DNA from: Candidatus Marinacidobacterales bacterium
GTDB lineage: Bacteria > Acidobacteriota > Vicinamibacteria > Marinacidobacterales > DATDRI01
Direction of reading: 5' to 3'
NCBI GenBank assembly: GCA_965226495.1
Contig: OZ245365.1
Coordinates: forward strand, 6,048,001 to 6,112,000
DNA length: 64,000 bases
Shown here: in pieces, positions 41,045-51,973 of the stretch
Numbering within the stretch: the first letter of the stretch is position 1
Layout of the letters: every line of letters starts with the position of its first letter
Program-made: the position numbers and the translations under genes
Notes under the pieces: model-generated
Databases searched by the model: none
Told to the model about the DNA's origin: nothing
Seen by the model: the letters and a program-made list of their open reading frames with translations, nothing else

Positions 41045-42127
41045 ATGGTGGAGCGGCGATGGCTCACCGGGCTCGGCGCCATCGCCCTGCTCTGGACCGG
41101 CTGCACCTCACCCGAGGATCCACTGCGGCCGGGCCGTCCGCCGGGCGGCTCATTCGTTCTCGACCGTGCGGGCGTGGTCCATACCGAGTCTTTCGAACGA
41201 ATGAACCAGACTCTCGAGGCGCTTCTTCGGGAGACCGATATCGAGATCCTCGCGGTGTCGATGCCTTCGCTCGGAGGGCATCCGATCGGAAGCTTCACCG
41301 AGGAGCTCTTCGAGCGTTGGGAAGTCGGTGAGCGAACACGGGCGAACCGCGGTGTGCTCCTCGTGGTGGCTGCGGAGGAGGAGCGAGTACGGCTCGCGGT
41401 GAGCTATGACCTGGAGGATATTTTTACCGATACCTTTATCTCGGTCATCGAGCACGAGCAACTCGTGCCCTACTTCGAAAGCAACATGATCGGAGAAGGT
41501 GTCGAGGCGACGATGGAGCTTCTCGCCAGGCGCGCTTACGAAAAGATCCGTGGGCAGGCCTATGATCCTCTCGAGGCCCGGTCAGACGTAGGCCGTTATC
41601 GTGCCGGCGGCGCGGGTGTGGAAACAGAAGTCGATCTCGACAATTCCGAAGGGGGCTCACCTGCGGCAGCCGAACCGGTGGACGCCGCACTTGAAGACTA
41701 CTTCGGGCCGCAGCCGACGCCCGGCGAGGCGTGGGCGCGCTTTGTCGAAGTCAATCGCCGTCTCATTAAGGATACTTCTCTTGGACTCTACGACGAGGCC
41801 ACGCAGGTCCATTTGCAGAGGCGTCCCAACACGGATGCCGGCCAAAAGCATCTGGCCAACCTGTACGATGGCCACTCGCCTACGATCCGAGAGCAAGGGG
41901 ATCGTGCGGTGATCCTTTTTCTTGACGATCCTGATCGCCTTCGGGCTCCGTGGTTCTTCCATCGCGGTGTCGATGGCTGGCAGTTGGACGGTTCGGTTCT
42001 CCCCAACGTTATCGTCTACAACCACCGGAATCAGTGGCGCTTCAAGAGCCTTGACCACGCCTACATGTTTGCCTTCGACGACTACGTCTTTGATCCGCAC
42101 GGTTTTGCGACGCCACCAGGTAGGTAA
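41045..42127 (+). CDS. TPM-domain lipoprotein
   Basis: Lipobox WTGC; VLDRAGV, LFERWEVG, NRGVLLVVA. Confidence 0.8.
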   Translation: MVERRWLTGLGAIALLWTGCTSPEDPLRPGRPPGGSFVLDRAGVVHTESFERMNQTLEALLRETDIEILAVSMPSLGGHPIGSFTEELFERWEVGERTRANRGVLLVVAAEEERVRLAVSYDLEDIFTDTFISVIEHEQLVPYFESNMIGEGVEATMELLARRAYEKIRGQAYDPLEARSDVGRYRAGGAGVETEVDLDNSEGGSPAAAEPVDAALEDYFGPQPTPGEAWARFVEVNRRLIKDTSLGLYDEATQVHLQRRPNTDAGQKHLANLYDGHSPTIREQGDRAVILFLDDPDRLRAPWFFHRGVDGWQLDGSVLPNVIVYNHRNQWRFKSLDHAYMFAFDDYVFDPHGFATPPGR

Positions 42128-42182
42128 ACCCCTGCTCCGCGGCTCGACCAAATGGTACCATCCCTCCTAGAAGAGGAGCATC

Positions 42183-43156
42183 ATGATTGTCGACTGCGCC
42201 GTTTACAAGCAGGGGCGACGTCTGCCGGGGGGGTTCACACCGGAGGCGGCCCTCCGCGTGAGTCGGGACGAAGACGCTTTCGTTTGGATTGGGCTTCACG
42301 AGCCGACTCCCGAGGAGTTCGAAGTGGTGAGGCGCGAGTTCGATCTTCACGAGCTCGCGGTCGAAGACGCCATCAAGGCGCATCAGCGACCCAAGCTCGA
42401 AACCTACGACGACTCGGTGCTCCTCGTTTTGAAGCCGGCGCGCTACGTGGACACGGAGGAAGTGGTCGAGCTCGGCGAGATTCTGATCTTCCTCGGGCCC
42501 GGGTTCATCGTCGTCGTCCGACATGGGCAAACGACTGGGCTCCAGGAAGTGCGGCAGTCGATCGAGGCCCGGCCGGAGTTCCTTACCCTCGGTCCTAGCG
42601 CGGTCCTGCACGCCATCGTGGACCGGATCGTGGACGACTATTTTCCAGTAGTAAACGGTCTCGAGCTCGACATCGACCAGGTGGAAGAGGCTGTTTTTTT
42701 TCGGAGGAGCGGACCAATCCGGTTGAGCGTATCTACTACTTGAAGCGAGAGGTGCTCGAGTTCCGCCGTGCCACCGCTCCTCTTCTGAATCCGCTCAATC
42801 TTTTGGCGGTTCGTACGCTGCCTCAGGTGCATGACGATGTTCGGGAATACTTTCGGGACGTCTACGATCATTTGTTGCGGATCAACGAGCAGGTCGATGC
42901 CTACCGTGATCTGCTGACCAGCATCCTCGATGCCAACCTGACCCAAGTGAGCGTGCGGCAAAACGAGGACATGAGGCGGATTTCGGCTTGGGTGGCGATC
43001 GCGGTCGTACCGACGATGATTGCCGGGATCTACGGTATGAATTTCAAGAACATGCCGGAGCTCGAGACTCCGTTTGGCTATCCTGCGGTTTTGGGGTTTA
43101 TGGCCGCCGCGTGCGGGGCGCTCTACTTCTTTTTCAGAAGGCGGGGTTGGTTTTGA
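42183..43156 (+). pseudogene. corA: CorA Mg/Co transporter, frameshifted in a T8 run at 42694-42701 (possible sequencing error)
   Basis: LHELAVEDA, QRPKLE in frame 1; GIYGMNF, MPEL in frame 2. Confidence 0.88.
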
Positions 43157-43163
43157 TTCGGAT

Positions 43164-44584
43164 TTACGAAGAGCCTTGGTGATCACGAGCCGGGAACGGA
43201 GGCTCGGTGGAGCGCCGGGTTCCAACCCAGTAAAGAACTGCCCCCACCAGCAAGAAGGCTAGAAACCCACCGATAACCTTCGCTTCGAAGAGCCACACGC
43301 CAGCAGTGTTCTCCGGTGGCACGAGTGCCATCGCCATCGCGATTACCGTCGTCACGAGGCCGGCCACTCCGGCGAGTGTCGCGGCCGTGCGGCTCTTGAG
43401 AAAGTCGGACTTCTCCGCGTCGCGTCTGCTCCGTATCACGGCGTACGCGGCGAAGAGATAAACGTACGGAAGGAAGTAAACGAGGAGAGTAGTGTCGAGA
43501 AGAATGAGATACGCCTCTTGGACGGTGGTCCCCGCGAAGCTGATGACGACGAACAAGGCGGCGATGATGGCCTGGACGATGACAGCGACGTAAGGGGAGC
43601 CGTACTTGGGATGAACCCGACCCAAAGATGCCGGTAGGAAGCGGTCGATACCGGCGACGAACGGCATGCGGGCGGCGCCGGTAAACCATGCCATGAGGCC
43701 GCCGATCCCACCCAATGTGATGAGTAGCGCCAGCAGATTGGTCGTCCAGCTGACTCCCAACTTGTCCGCAACGGCCGCGATCCCTTGGAGGAATCCGGTA
43801 ATGATGTTGATGTCGGCACGGGGCAGCGCGACTAAGAGCGCGAAGGTTCCGAGAACATAAATTCCTGCAATCACGACGCGGAGATGACGGTCGCTCGGGG
43901 AATCGTTCGTTCGGGATCTTTCACTTCGCCGGCGAGCACCGCCGCCAGCTCGAGGCCGGCGAATCCGAAACAGATCGCTGCGAAGAACGACAGCTTGCCG
44001 AACGTCAGGATGTCGGCGAAGAAACTTTCCGCCGGCATCGGGTTCGCGGAACCGTAGCGGACCAGGGCAATAGCGCCGAAGAGGAGGAGAGCGCCCCCCG
44101 TCACCCAGGTGCCGATGCCACCCACATTGTGCACCCATCGACCCGATTGAAGACCGAAGACGTTGGCCAGGGTCACGATTAGGATGGCGAGCAAGGAGAA
44201 CGCCATAACATATGGCTTGCTCTCGCCAAGTTCCTGGTAACCGCTTCCGGCGATGAACACCGAGATGCCGGCCAGGTAAACGAGCAGGTTCGGGAAGTAG
44301 ACCAGATTATTGGTCCAGTAGCACCAGCCGGCCATGAAGCCATGAAAGTCTCCAAAGACGCTCCTGGTCCACGAGTACACCCCTCCCTCTTCAGGCATCC
44401 GCCTCGTGAGCTCCATGACCGCGACTGCCTGAGGTAGGAAGAAGAATGCGAGGGCCGCGACCCATAGGGTCATCGAAGTGTTGCCGCCGGCCGCCGCCAC
44501 GGAGATCCATCGGAAGCCCACGATGGCGGCGACGTTGAACAGGACGACGTCCCGTACGTCGAGGGTTTTTCGGAGCTCTGTCAT
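43164..44584 (-). pseudogene. APC family permease, single-base frameshift near 43878 (possible sequencing error)
   Basis: PEEGGVY, FAGLE in ORF 43871-44599; continues VVIAGIYVLG...HPKYGSP in ORF 43164-44138. Confidence 0.85.
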
Positions 44585-44741
44585 CCGGGATGGGATCACA
44601 GAGAAGAAACCGCGTGGGATGGGAGGCGACTGGTCTTGACGCTATGGGATGCGATAGCCACGTTCTCTCTGGCAAACATAGCACAGCTTGTCGCGCCTGG
44701 GATCCCCGTCAGGAAGGTGGTTTCGTATAATTGAACGTAGG

Positions 44742-45350
44742 ATGGCGGAAGAGCTTCCAGAGCGCATCGTCCGGTTCTTGAATCGCGGGCAATACCGTGC
44801 CGCGTTGCGTACAGCGGAAGAAGCCGTGCGCCGTGCGCCGGACAGGGCAGAGTGCCACTATGCGCTCGGCCAGGTGCTCACTCAGCTAGGCACGATCCCC
44901 GAGGCCGATCGCTCCTTCGCTTGTGCCGCAGAGCTCCAGCCGGCGAACTACTTCCTTCCATACCGTATGGAACGTTCAGAGTTCGAGGCGTTGGTGGAAG
45001 AAGTCTTGGCATCCCTTCCGACCGAGTTCGCATGCCATCTAGAGAATGTGGAGGTTGCGGTGGATGGAGCACCGGGTCGAGACCTTCTTCGAGAGGGAGG
45101 CATCGAGCACGACCTCCTCGGCTTGTATCAGGGTGAGATGATTCAGAATGATGAGTGGGGGCTTCCAGACCGCATCATCCTTTTTCAGAGAAACTTGGAG
45201 AACATCTCGCCGGATCGTGGGACGCTGGTCAGAGAAATCCAGGACACGGTGTTGCACGAGGTGGGCCACCACCTCGGGATGGAGGAGGACCAACTCGAGG
45301 AAATCGAAAACGACCCCGATGATCCCGATGAAGGGGAGTCAAACTTCTAA
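44742..45350 (+). CDS. TPR + zincin-like metallopeptidase (DUF1025-type)
   Basis: TPR HYALGQVL; LLGLYQG, PDRIILF, HEVGHHLG; TATAAT at 44726. Confidence 0.87.
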   Translation: MAEELPERIVRFLNRGQYRAALRTAEEAVRRAPDRAECHYALGQVLTQLGTIPEADRSFACAAELQPANYFLPYRMERSEFEALVEEVLASLPTEFACHLENVEVAVDGAPGRDLLREGGIEHDLLGLYQGEMIQNDEWGLPDRIILFQRNLENISPDRGTLVREIQDTVLHEVGHHLGMEEDQLEEIENDPDDPDEGESNF

Positions 45351-45351
45351 G

Positions 45352-45543
45352 CTATTCACCTCCCCATTGCTTCCAGGCGAGTGCGCCAACCATATAGACC
45401 CAGTACAGGATGATGGCTAGGGCGGTGGCGCGCACTATCTCCTTCAACTTTCCGCGGAGGTGGGCCTTGCGGCTCGCAGGCATCAGCCAGTAGACGAGGG
45501 CCGCGACTACAACCAGGATCAGGATGACGCGAATCCGGAACAT
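45352..45543 (-). CDS. Small two-TM membrane protein
   Basis: 63 aa with two hydrophobic helices; follows add in the same orientation. Confidence 0.6.
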   Translation of the reverse strand: MFRIRVILILVVVAALVYWLMPASRKAHLRGKLKEIVRATALAIILYWVYMVGALAWKQWGGE

Positions 45544-45558
45544 CGGAGAGGACGGAAA

Positions 45559-46572
45559 CTAGTGCTGGGTCAGAAAGGCATCGACTTCTTTGTGGAGCTC
45601 GTCCCTGCGGTTGGCATCGACGAACGCGGCGTCGATGGAGTTCCTCACCAAGCGCTCGATTTCGTCGCGTCCAAGGCTGAGCGCTTCTGCGACGGCGAGG
45701 AAATTGTCACCGATGTAGCCGCCGAAGTAAGACGGGTCGTCGGAGTTCACCGTGGCCCGGAGGCCAAGATCCAACAAATCCTTGAGGTTGTGATCCTCTA
45801 GCTTGTCGAAGACGCGGAGCTTCACGTTCGAGAGTGGACAGACAGTGAGGGGTATCTGATCCGCGCGCAGGCGCTCGACGAGCTCATCGTCTTCTACGGC
45901 ACGCACACCGTGATCGATCCGCTCGGCCCCCAAATTGTCGAGGGCCTGCCACACGTACTCCGATGGGCCTTCTTCCCCCGCATGGGCGACGACGCGAAAC
46001 CCTTCGACCCGCGCCCGGTTGAAGACGTCGGCGAATTTTACCGGGGGATTACCGACTTCGGCAGAGTCGAGACCCACGCCGATGATCTGGTCTTTGAAGT
46101 CGAGCGCTTGTTCGAGCGTCTCCATCGCCTCCTCGGCACTTAGATCGCGGAGGAAGCACATGATGAGCCCGCTCGAGATGCCGAACTGCGTTTTCGCATC
46201 GGCCAGGGCGCGCTGAATTCCGGTCACGATGGTTTCGAACGAAACGCCCTCGATCGTATGCGTTTGGGGGTCGAAGAAGATCTCTGTATGGCGGACATTC
46301 TGTTCGTGAACTCGTTCGAGGTATGCCCATGTGAGCTCGAAGAAGTCCCGTTCCTCGCGAAGCACCCGAGCGCCTTGGTAGTAGATGTCGAGAAAGGACT
46401 GAAGGTCGCTGAAATCGTATGCACCGCGCACCTCTTCGACCGATTTGTAGGGGAGCGGAATGTGGTTTCGTTGCTCGAGCTCGAACATGTGCTCCGGTTC
46501 GAGCGTACCTTCGATGTGGAGATGGAGCTCGACCTTGGGGATTTCGCGGATGAGGGAGACGAGCTCTTTCAT
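45559..46572 (-). CDS. add: Adenosine/adenine deaminase
   Basis: [32 protein letters not shown]. Confidence 0.93.
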   Translation of the reverse strand: MKELVSLIREIPKVELHLHIEGTLEPEHMFELEQRNHIPLPYKSVEEVRGAYDFSDLQSFLDIYYQGARVLREERDFFELTWAYLERVHEQNVRHTEIFFDPQTHTIEGVSFETIVTGIQRALADAKTQFGISSGLIMCFLRDLSAEEAMETLEQALDFKDQIIGVGLDSAEVGNPPVKFADVFNRARVEGFRVVAHAGEEGPSEYVWQALDNLGAERIDHGVRAVEDDELVERLRADQIPLTVCPLSNVKLRVFDKLEDHNLKDLLDLGLRATVNSDDPSYFGGYIGDNFLAVAEALSLGRDEIERLVRNSIDAAFVDANRRDELHKEVDAFLTQH

Positions 46573-46577
46573 TCGGC

Positions 46578-48086
46578 TCAAATACTCGGTGGTTGAAACC
46601 CGCCCAAGGCAGTCTCCAGATATTTTGCCACGGCGAGAGTGACATCCTCGCGTCCCGGGCGGCCGACGACCTGGACACCGATCGGCAGCCCTGCCGGGGA
46701 AGTGCCTCCGCGCACGACGGTGGCCGGCCATCCAGTCAGGTTGTAGATGAAGGTGTAGCTAAAACCGAGGAAAGACTCATCGGTGGTCATGGATCCGTGA
46801 ATGACCGCGACATCTGAATTGACCGGACATACGACGACATCGTAGTCTCCGAGAAAGGTAGTCAAGCGACTCCGAAAATCCCACCAACGCGTGACCAAGG
46901 CGTCGAGCTCCGCGGCCGGCAGGGGTGGAGTGCCCATGATGTCTTGCAGCGAATGTTCGGTCGTTCCATACATGTTGAGAAGCCTTCGGAAGGCCGCGCC
47001 GCCGTCCGCGAAGTAAAGGGCGAGGAAATCGTAACCCTGCTCGAGGGCAGGAGGACGGATCTCATCGACGGAGATTTGGCCGTCTGCGAGAGCCTTGGCC
47101 GCCGCGCGGACGACCTCGATGATCTCTGGGATGGGCGTAGCAATCCCGTTGTCGGTGTGGAAGGAGACCCGGAGTTTCTTGAGGTCGACATCCTTGGGAT
47201 CGCCGAAAGGCATCTCGATGATGCCTGGATCGATCCAGTCGGGCCCCGCGATGATGGGAAGAATCAACGACAGGTCATCGACGTAGCGGGCAAGGGGGCC
47301 GATCTGCTGAAGCGAGTCGAGCATTCCGCCAAAGGGATATATGTGTCCGGTACGGGGAACACGGCCGGCGCTCGGTTTAATGCCGGCGATGCCGTTCCAG
47401 TTGGCGGGAAGGCGAATGCTTCCGCCGTAGTCGCTTCCGATGTCGAAGGGCGAGCCCCCCGCGGCTACGATGGCGGCGGCACCACCGCTGCTTCCTCCAC
47501 TGGTCCTTTTGATGTCGTAGGGATTACTGGTGCGCCCATAGATGAGATTGTTGGTCTCGAAGGAAAGCGTCAACTCGGGCGTATTGGTTTTTCCGAGCAA
47601 GATCGCACCCGCTTCGCGTAGTCGCGCCACGACGGTCGCATCCTTTTTCGGGACGAACGCCGCGCGTCCCTTCGTGCCGCCAGTCGAGATGACACCCTCG
47701 GTATCGAAAGAATCCTTGATGGTCATCGGAACGCCATGTAGGGGACCCTTGAGCTCTCCTTTGGCCAGGGCGGCGTCCGCTTCACGAGCTTCCTTGAGCG
47801 CTCGGTCGGCCACCAGCTGCACGACGGCGTTGAGCTTGGGGTTCACTTCTTCGATGCGATCGAGATGGGCCTTCACGACTTCTTCCGATGAAACCCGTTT
47901 CGTTCGGATGGCGTCGGCGAGCGCTTCCGTGGACGAGTACGTGAGTGGGTGCGCAAGTTGCTTTGGCACCGCCGTGCCGGCCGGCGCCGGTGTGGAACAG
48001 CCGGCGAGACTCGAATAGGCAACGCCGCCGCCGAGAAGCGCCATCATCTCTCTTCGAGAGAGCCCGGTACTCGATTCCGTCATCAC
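46578..48086 (-). CDS. Amidase signature family protein with Tat-lipoprotein-like leader
   Basis: SRREMM...LAGC; [15 protein letters not shown]. Confidence 0.93.
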   Translation of the reverse strand: MMTESSTGLSRREMMALLGGGVAYSSLAGCSTPAPAGTAVPKQLAHPLTYSSTEALADAIRTKRVSSEEVVKAHLDRIEEVNPKLNAVVQLVADRALKEAREADAALAKGELKGPLHGVPMTIKDSFDTEGVISTGGTKGRAAFVPKKDATVVARLREAGAILLGKTNTPELTLSFETNNLIYGRTSNPYDIKRTSGGSSGGAAAIVAAGGSPFDIGSDYGGSIRLPANWNGIAGIKPSAGRVPRTGHIYPFGGMLDSLQQIGPLARYVDDLSLILPIIAGPDWIDPGIIEMPFGDPKDVDLKKLRVSFHTDNGIATPIPEIIEVVRAAAKALADGQISVDEIRPPALEQGYDFLALYFADGGAAFRRLLNMYGTTEHSLQDIMGTPPLPAAELDALVTRWWDFRSRLTTFLGDYDVVVCPVNSDVAVIHGSMTTDESFLGFSYTFIYNLTGWPATVVRGGTSPAGLPIGVQVVGRPGREDVTLAVAKYLETALGGFQPPSI

Positions 48087-48163
48087 TTACCTCCGCGCGG
48101 TGAGGATAGTAGCGAGGTGTATGGAAAGCAACTCCGCTATACTCGTCGCCTAGGGAGGATCCG

Positions 48164-49600
48164 ATGAAGAAGTTAGGATTTTTGATAGCGGTTGGCGCTT
48201 TGGCCTTTGTGCCAGCGACGTTTCATGCCGCGCCCACCGTGTATCCCACCGGTACCACCATCTATAAACCAGATAAAGCGTGGAGTGGCTACACCATCTA
48301 CCAAACGGAGGCGTCGCCGGGAGCGGTCCTGATCGACATGAACGGCAACATCGTCCGCAACTGGGAGCACATCGTAGGCTTTCCGGTCACGATGCTCCCG
48401 GGTGGGTACATCATGGGCGGGACCGTCGATCGAGTTACGGGAAGGTACGTCCATCACCTCGGCTCGGACGATGTAATTCAGGAAGACTGGGACGGTAACG
48501 TCGTCTGGAGGTTCGGCCAGGCGGACGAGATCGAAGTCGAGGGCAAGACGTCGTGGTCGGCCAGGCAGAATCACGATTTCGTTAGAGAAGGAGCCCCGGT
48601 CGGCTATTACGTGCCAGGGATGACACCGCTCGTGGATCGAGGGAAGACGCTAATACTCAGCCAGAAAAGCGGCCGCTGGCCAGAGGTTACTCAGGACTAC
48701 TTGCCCCGGGCGGCCCGTATCATCGAAGTTACCTGGGAAGGCGAGATCCTCTGGGACTGGATGCCGGCGGAGCACTTCGAGGAGTTTGGGCATAGCGAGG
48801 CGGCTAAGAATACGATCATGCGCGGCTGCCAGAATCAGCATTGTGTATTCTTGAACGCCGCGGCTTACGTCGGCCCGAACAAATGGTACGACGCGGGGGA
48901 CGAGCGGTTTCATCCCGACAACATTATTACTGACGACCGCGGCACGATCCTCTTCATCATCTCGAAGGAGACCGGCAAGATCGTTTGGAAAGTCGGCCCA
49001 GAATACACGTCGACCCCGGAGCTTCGAGCCTTGGGATCGATCATCGGTCCTCATAACACGCACATGATCCCGAGGGGGCTTCCCGGTGCGGGTAACATTC
49101 TGGTCTTCGACAATGGCGGCGCCGCGGGGTTCGGTCCTCCCAACCCGGGATCCCCGACCGGTGAGTGGAACGCTCTCCGGGACCATTCCCGAGTACTCGA
49201 GATCAATCCGACGACGCTCGAGATCGTTTGGCAATACACCGCCCGGACAACGGGATTCGTCCCCGTGGCCGAGGACTCCAAGTTCTTCAGTCACTACGCC
49301 AGCGGGGCGCAGCGCCTTCCCAATGGGAACACGTTGATCGTGGAAACGAGTTACGGTCGAATTTTCGAGGTCACGCCGCAAAGCGAGATCGTCTGGGAGT
49401 TTTTGAGTCCGTTCAACCACAACGAGAAGGCTCCGGCCTGGGAGCCGGAGCGGCCGGAAGGAAAGCTCAGCACGAAAGCGTTCTCGAATTACATCTATCG
49501 TGCCTACCGACTTCCATATGATTGGGTGCCGCAGCTAGAGCGGCCGGTGGAAGAGGCGGTCATCCCGCCCGCAAACGGAGAGTTCCGGGTGAGTCCGTAG
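48164..49600 (+). CDS. Aryl-sulfate sulfotransferase family protein
   Basis: PTVYPTGTTIY, LIDMNG, NHD, GPHN, FDNG, QRLPNGNTLI. Confidence 0.85.
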   Translation: MKKLGFLIAVGALAFVPATFHAAPTVYPTGTTIYKPDKAWSGYTIYQTEASPGAVLIDMNGNIVRNWEHIVGFPVTMLPGGYIMGGTVDRVTGRYVHHLGSDDVIQEDWDGNVVWRFGQADEIEVEGKTSWSARQNHDFVREGAPVGYYVPGMTPLVDRGKTLILSQKSGRWPEVTQDYLPRAARIIEVTWEGEILWDWMPAEHFEEFGHSEAAKNTIMRGCQNQHCVFLNAAAYVGPNKWYDAGDERFHPDNIITDDRGTILFIISKETGKIVWKVGPEYTSTPELRALGSIIGPHNTHMIPRGLPGAGNILVFDNGGAAGFGPPNPGSPTGEWNALRDHSRVLEINPTTLEIVWQYTARTTGFVPVAEDSKFFSHYASGAQRLPNGNTLIVETSYGRIFEVTPQSEIVWEFLSPFNHNEKAPAWEPERPEGKLSTKAFSNYIYRAYRLPYDWVPQLERPVEEAVIPPANGEFRVSP

Positions 49601-49611
49601 GAGGCGTAGAC

Positions 49612-50283
49612 CTACTTCTTTCTCTTCCTTCTTCTGGTTGGCGGTCTTTCCATTACATGCGGGTTGTTCAGAGGCTCGTGGGGAATGATGGAATTCTCGT
49701 CGGCGTCGAAAATGATGCGGGCGCCGTCGGGCAGCGGATAGGACGATCCGGCTTGCCCACTCGGAACGACGCGTGCCTCGTCGAGCTCTACGGTGATGTG
49801 ATATCCAAGAACCCAGTACTTCAAATCCTCTAGTGACTGTGCAAAAAACTCTTCGGCCAGGTTCTGGAGTACCGGGCCTGACTTTCCCGAAATGCCGCTC
49901 AGTTGGCGAAAGGCCTGCAGTTTGTCCTCCCGATTCTCGGCTTTTCGTGCTTCCAGGAAAAGCTCGAGAGCTCGCTCGGTTACCGGGGGGCCGCTTCCGC
50001 TGATCTCACCGCCTTCGAAGCTGATCGTCTTGGCCGCACTTTCGTAGCTGATAGGGATGATGTCGGAAAGCGGGCGGATGGGTAGCTCGTATTGGTCCTC
50101 AGGAGGGGAACCCTCAAAGGTGAGCTGGGGGGCGGCCGTGAGAAGTCGTCCGAGTGCAACCTCCGATTCGCCGTCCAGCTGAATTGAAACCGGCTTGGGC
50201 CGCCATAGGTGGATGTCGATCTTCGCGTCTTCGTTCCAGTGCTCGAGGAAAAGCCCCGCGTAGAAATCGAGTGTAATGGCCAT
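49612..50283 (-). CDS. Hypothetical protein
   Basis: 223-aa ORF with GGAGG RBS; no family recognised. Confidence 0.65.
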   Translation of the reverse strand: MAITLDFYAGLFLEHWNEDAKIDIHLWRPKPVSIQLDGESEVALGRLLTAAPQLTFEGSPPEDQYELPIRPLSDIIPISYESAAKTISFEGGEISGSGPPVTERALELFLEARKAENREDKLQAFRQLSGISGKSGPVLQNLAEEFFAQSLEDLKYWVLGYHITVELDEARVVPSGQAGSSYPLPDGARIIFDADENSIIPHEPLNNPHVMERPPTRRRKRKK

Positions 50284-50596
50284 TGAACTTGGCCTCCCTC
50301 CATGGAGGCATATCGCTACGACGGGCCGGGTTGGGGAGCTTTTGGTGGCCTTAGAAGCAAAGGTCGTACCGACTGGTCAGACCTGCGAAGAGAGGGCCTA
50401 AGTAGCTCGGAGTCTGATGGTTGTGAAGACTCAACCGGGAACGAAGACGCGCGGCCCGGACTCGGGGTGTGGGTAAAGTCCAGCGGTCCTAGTTAACAGA
50501 ACGGATATATTTGGATTGACACGCGAGGCGAGACCATGGTTTTATCTGCCAGCCTTGCCTGAGGGGTCGGGGTTTCCCAAACAACAGGAGGTCAGA

Positions 50597-51013
50597 ATGA
50601 AACGGTTTATTGTGATTGGACTAGTGGCGGTCGTCGCCGGAGTTGCCCTGGTGTCTGCCAGCGGTGACGCGAAGGACGAACTCATCGGGCTCGACAAGAA
50701 GTGGGGCTCGGCGGCGATGAAGGCGGACAAGGCTACGCTCGAGGCCATCTATGCGGATGACGTGTTGGACGCGACCGCGGAGGGAGTTATCGGGAAGGCC
50801 GAGGCCGTCTCTGCTGCCGAAGTCGACGATGCGAACGCCACGTACGAGCCCACCGACTTCAAGGTGAACATGATTACCAAGGATGTGGCGGTGATGACCC
50901 ATAGCGTTGAGGGTTCCACCAGCCTCCACGTCTGGGCCAAACGGGACGGAAATTGGGTGGTGGTTGGAACGGCTGCCGTCCCCATGGCGGATAGCCCCAG
51001 CACCGATCGTTAG
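50597..51013 (+). CDS. NTF2-like (DUF4440) exported protein
   Basis: Signal peptide; YADD, HVWAKRDGNWVVV; AGGAGG RBS. Confidence 0.8.
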   Translation: MKRFIVIGLVAVVAGVALVSASGDAKDELIGLDKKWGSAAMKADKATLEAIYADDVLDATAEGVIGKAEAVSAAEVDDANATYEPTDFKVNMITKDVAVMTHSVEGSTSLHVWAKRDGNWVVVGTAAVPMADSPSTDR

Positions 51014-51067
51014 CTTTTCTTCCGAGGCAGGGACCGCAAGTTGTCCCTGCCTCGACGTGTTTTTGAT

Positions 51068-51436
51068 TCAGAATTCGAGCTCGATGACGGCTCGCTGTTC
51101 GTATCGGCCGGAGAACCGCGACAAGAAAAGAGCCAAGCGCATTTGCCATCCGTACTTGTCGACCATGACACGGATGCCACGATCCCGCTCCTCGCTATCC
51201 TCGATGACGCGCGCTTTCGCATCTACCCATTCGCCCTTCACGTTGCCTCGCATATCTGAAGGGGCCACGCGAGCGCGGCCATTGTTGCGAATGCGTTTCA
51301 CTTTTCCCGAAGTAATACTCGTGTAGACGTAGGTCTTGCCATCCCCGGTAGCGATCCAGACTGGGGTCTTCACTTCCTGGCCGTTCTTGCGGAAGGTAGC
51401 CATGCTTACGTAACGCTCGCGGCCCGCGTCGATCAT
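51068..51436 (-). CDS. PPOX-class (F420/FMN split-barrel) oxidoreductase
   Basis: YVSMATFRKNG, TPVW, SGKVKRIRNN. Confidence 0.85.
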   Translation of the reverse strand: MIDAGRERYVSMATFRKNGQEVKTPVWIATGDGKTYVYTSITSGKVKRIRNNGRARVAPSDMRGNVKGEWVDAKARVIEDSEERDRGIRVMVDKYGWQMRLALFLSRFSGRYEQRAVIELEF

Positions 51437-51960
51437 TGTCTGTTCCTTTCTGACTTCGCTCCGGCGTCGCCGCCTTCCATGCCCTGCTCGAACTCGTGGG
51501 GGTTCTCTCCCGTTCGCCAGCGCTTCACGAGGCGCTTTTCTCCTTCTGTTGCGAAGAACGCCGCGGTTTCGAGCTCGATCGAGAAAAGGCCAAAATCCAT
51601 CCCTTCCGGACTCCAACCGATCTTCTCGAAGAGGACTTCGCCGTAACGTTTCCGGATCTTGGGATCTTGGATATCGACAGCGCGACCGTGCGCCTTGAAC
51701 TCACCGTCGGTGGACATGCGGTCGGTGACGGTAGTGTGGATCGAGCAGCGTGGGTTGCGGCGTAGATCGAGGACCTTGAAAGAGAGCGGCATCATGCCGA
51801 GCTGGAGGTCGCTGTCTACGAAGACGAACTCGACCGGGCTGACGCGCGGCGAGCCGTCCTTGCGGAGGCTGCCCAGAATAAGAACCCCCGTCTTGTCGAG
51901 GAGTTCCTCTGCGGACTTTGCTATCTCCGGGGCCGCTTCTTTGAACTCTCCCCATTTCAT
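51433..51960 (-). CDS. Pyridoxamine 5'-phosphate oxidase family protein
   Basis: LRKDGSPRVSPVE, DLRRNPRCSIH. Confidence 0.82.
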   Translation of the reverse strand: MKWGEFKEAAPEIAKSAEELLDKTGVLILGSLRKDGSPRVSPVEFVFVDSDLQLGMMPLSFKVLDLRRNPRCSIHTTVTDRMSTDGEFKAHGRAVDIQDPKIRKRYGEVLFEKIGWSPEGMDFGLFSIELETAAFFATEGEKRLVKRWRTGENPHEFEQGMEGGDAGAKSERNRQ

Positions 51961-51973
51961 TAGCTTGCTCCCG

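Noticed and set aside
50302-50496. 64-aa ORF in the divergent intergenic region
   Set aside because: No convincing RBS or motif; it overlaps the presumed leader and promoters.
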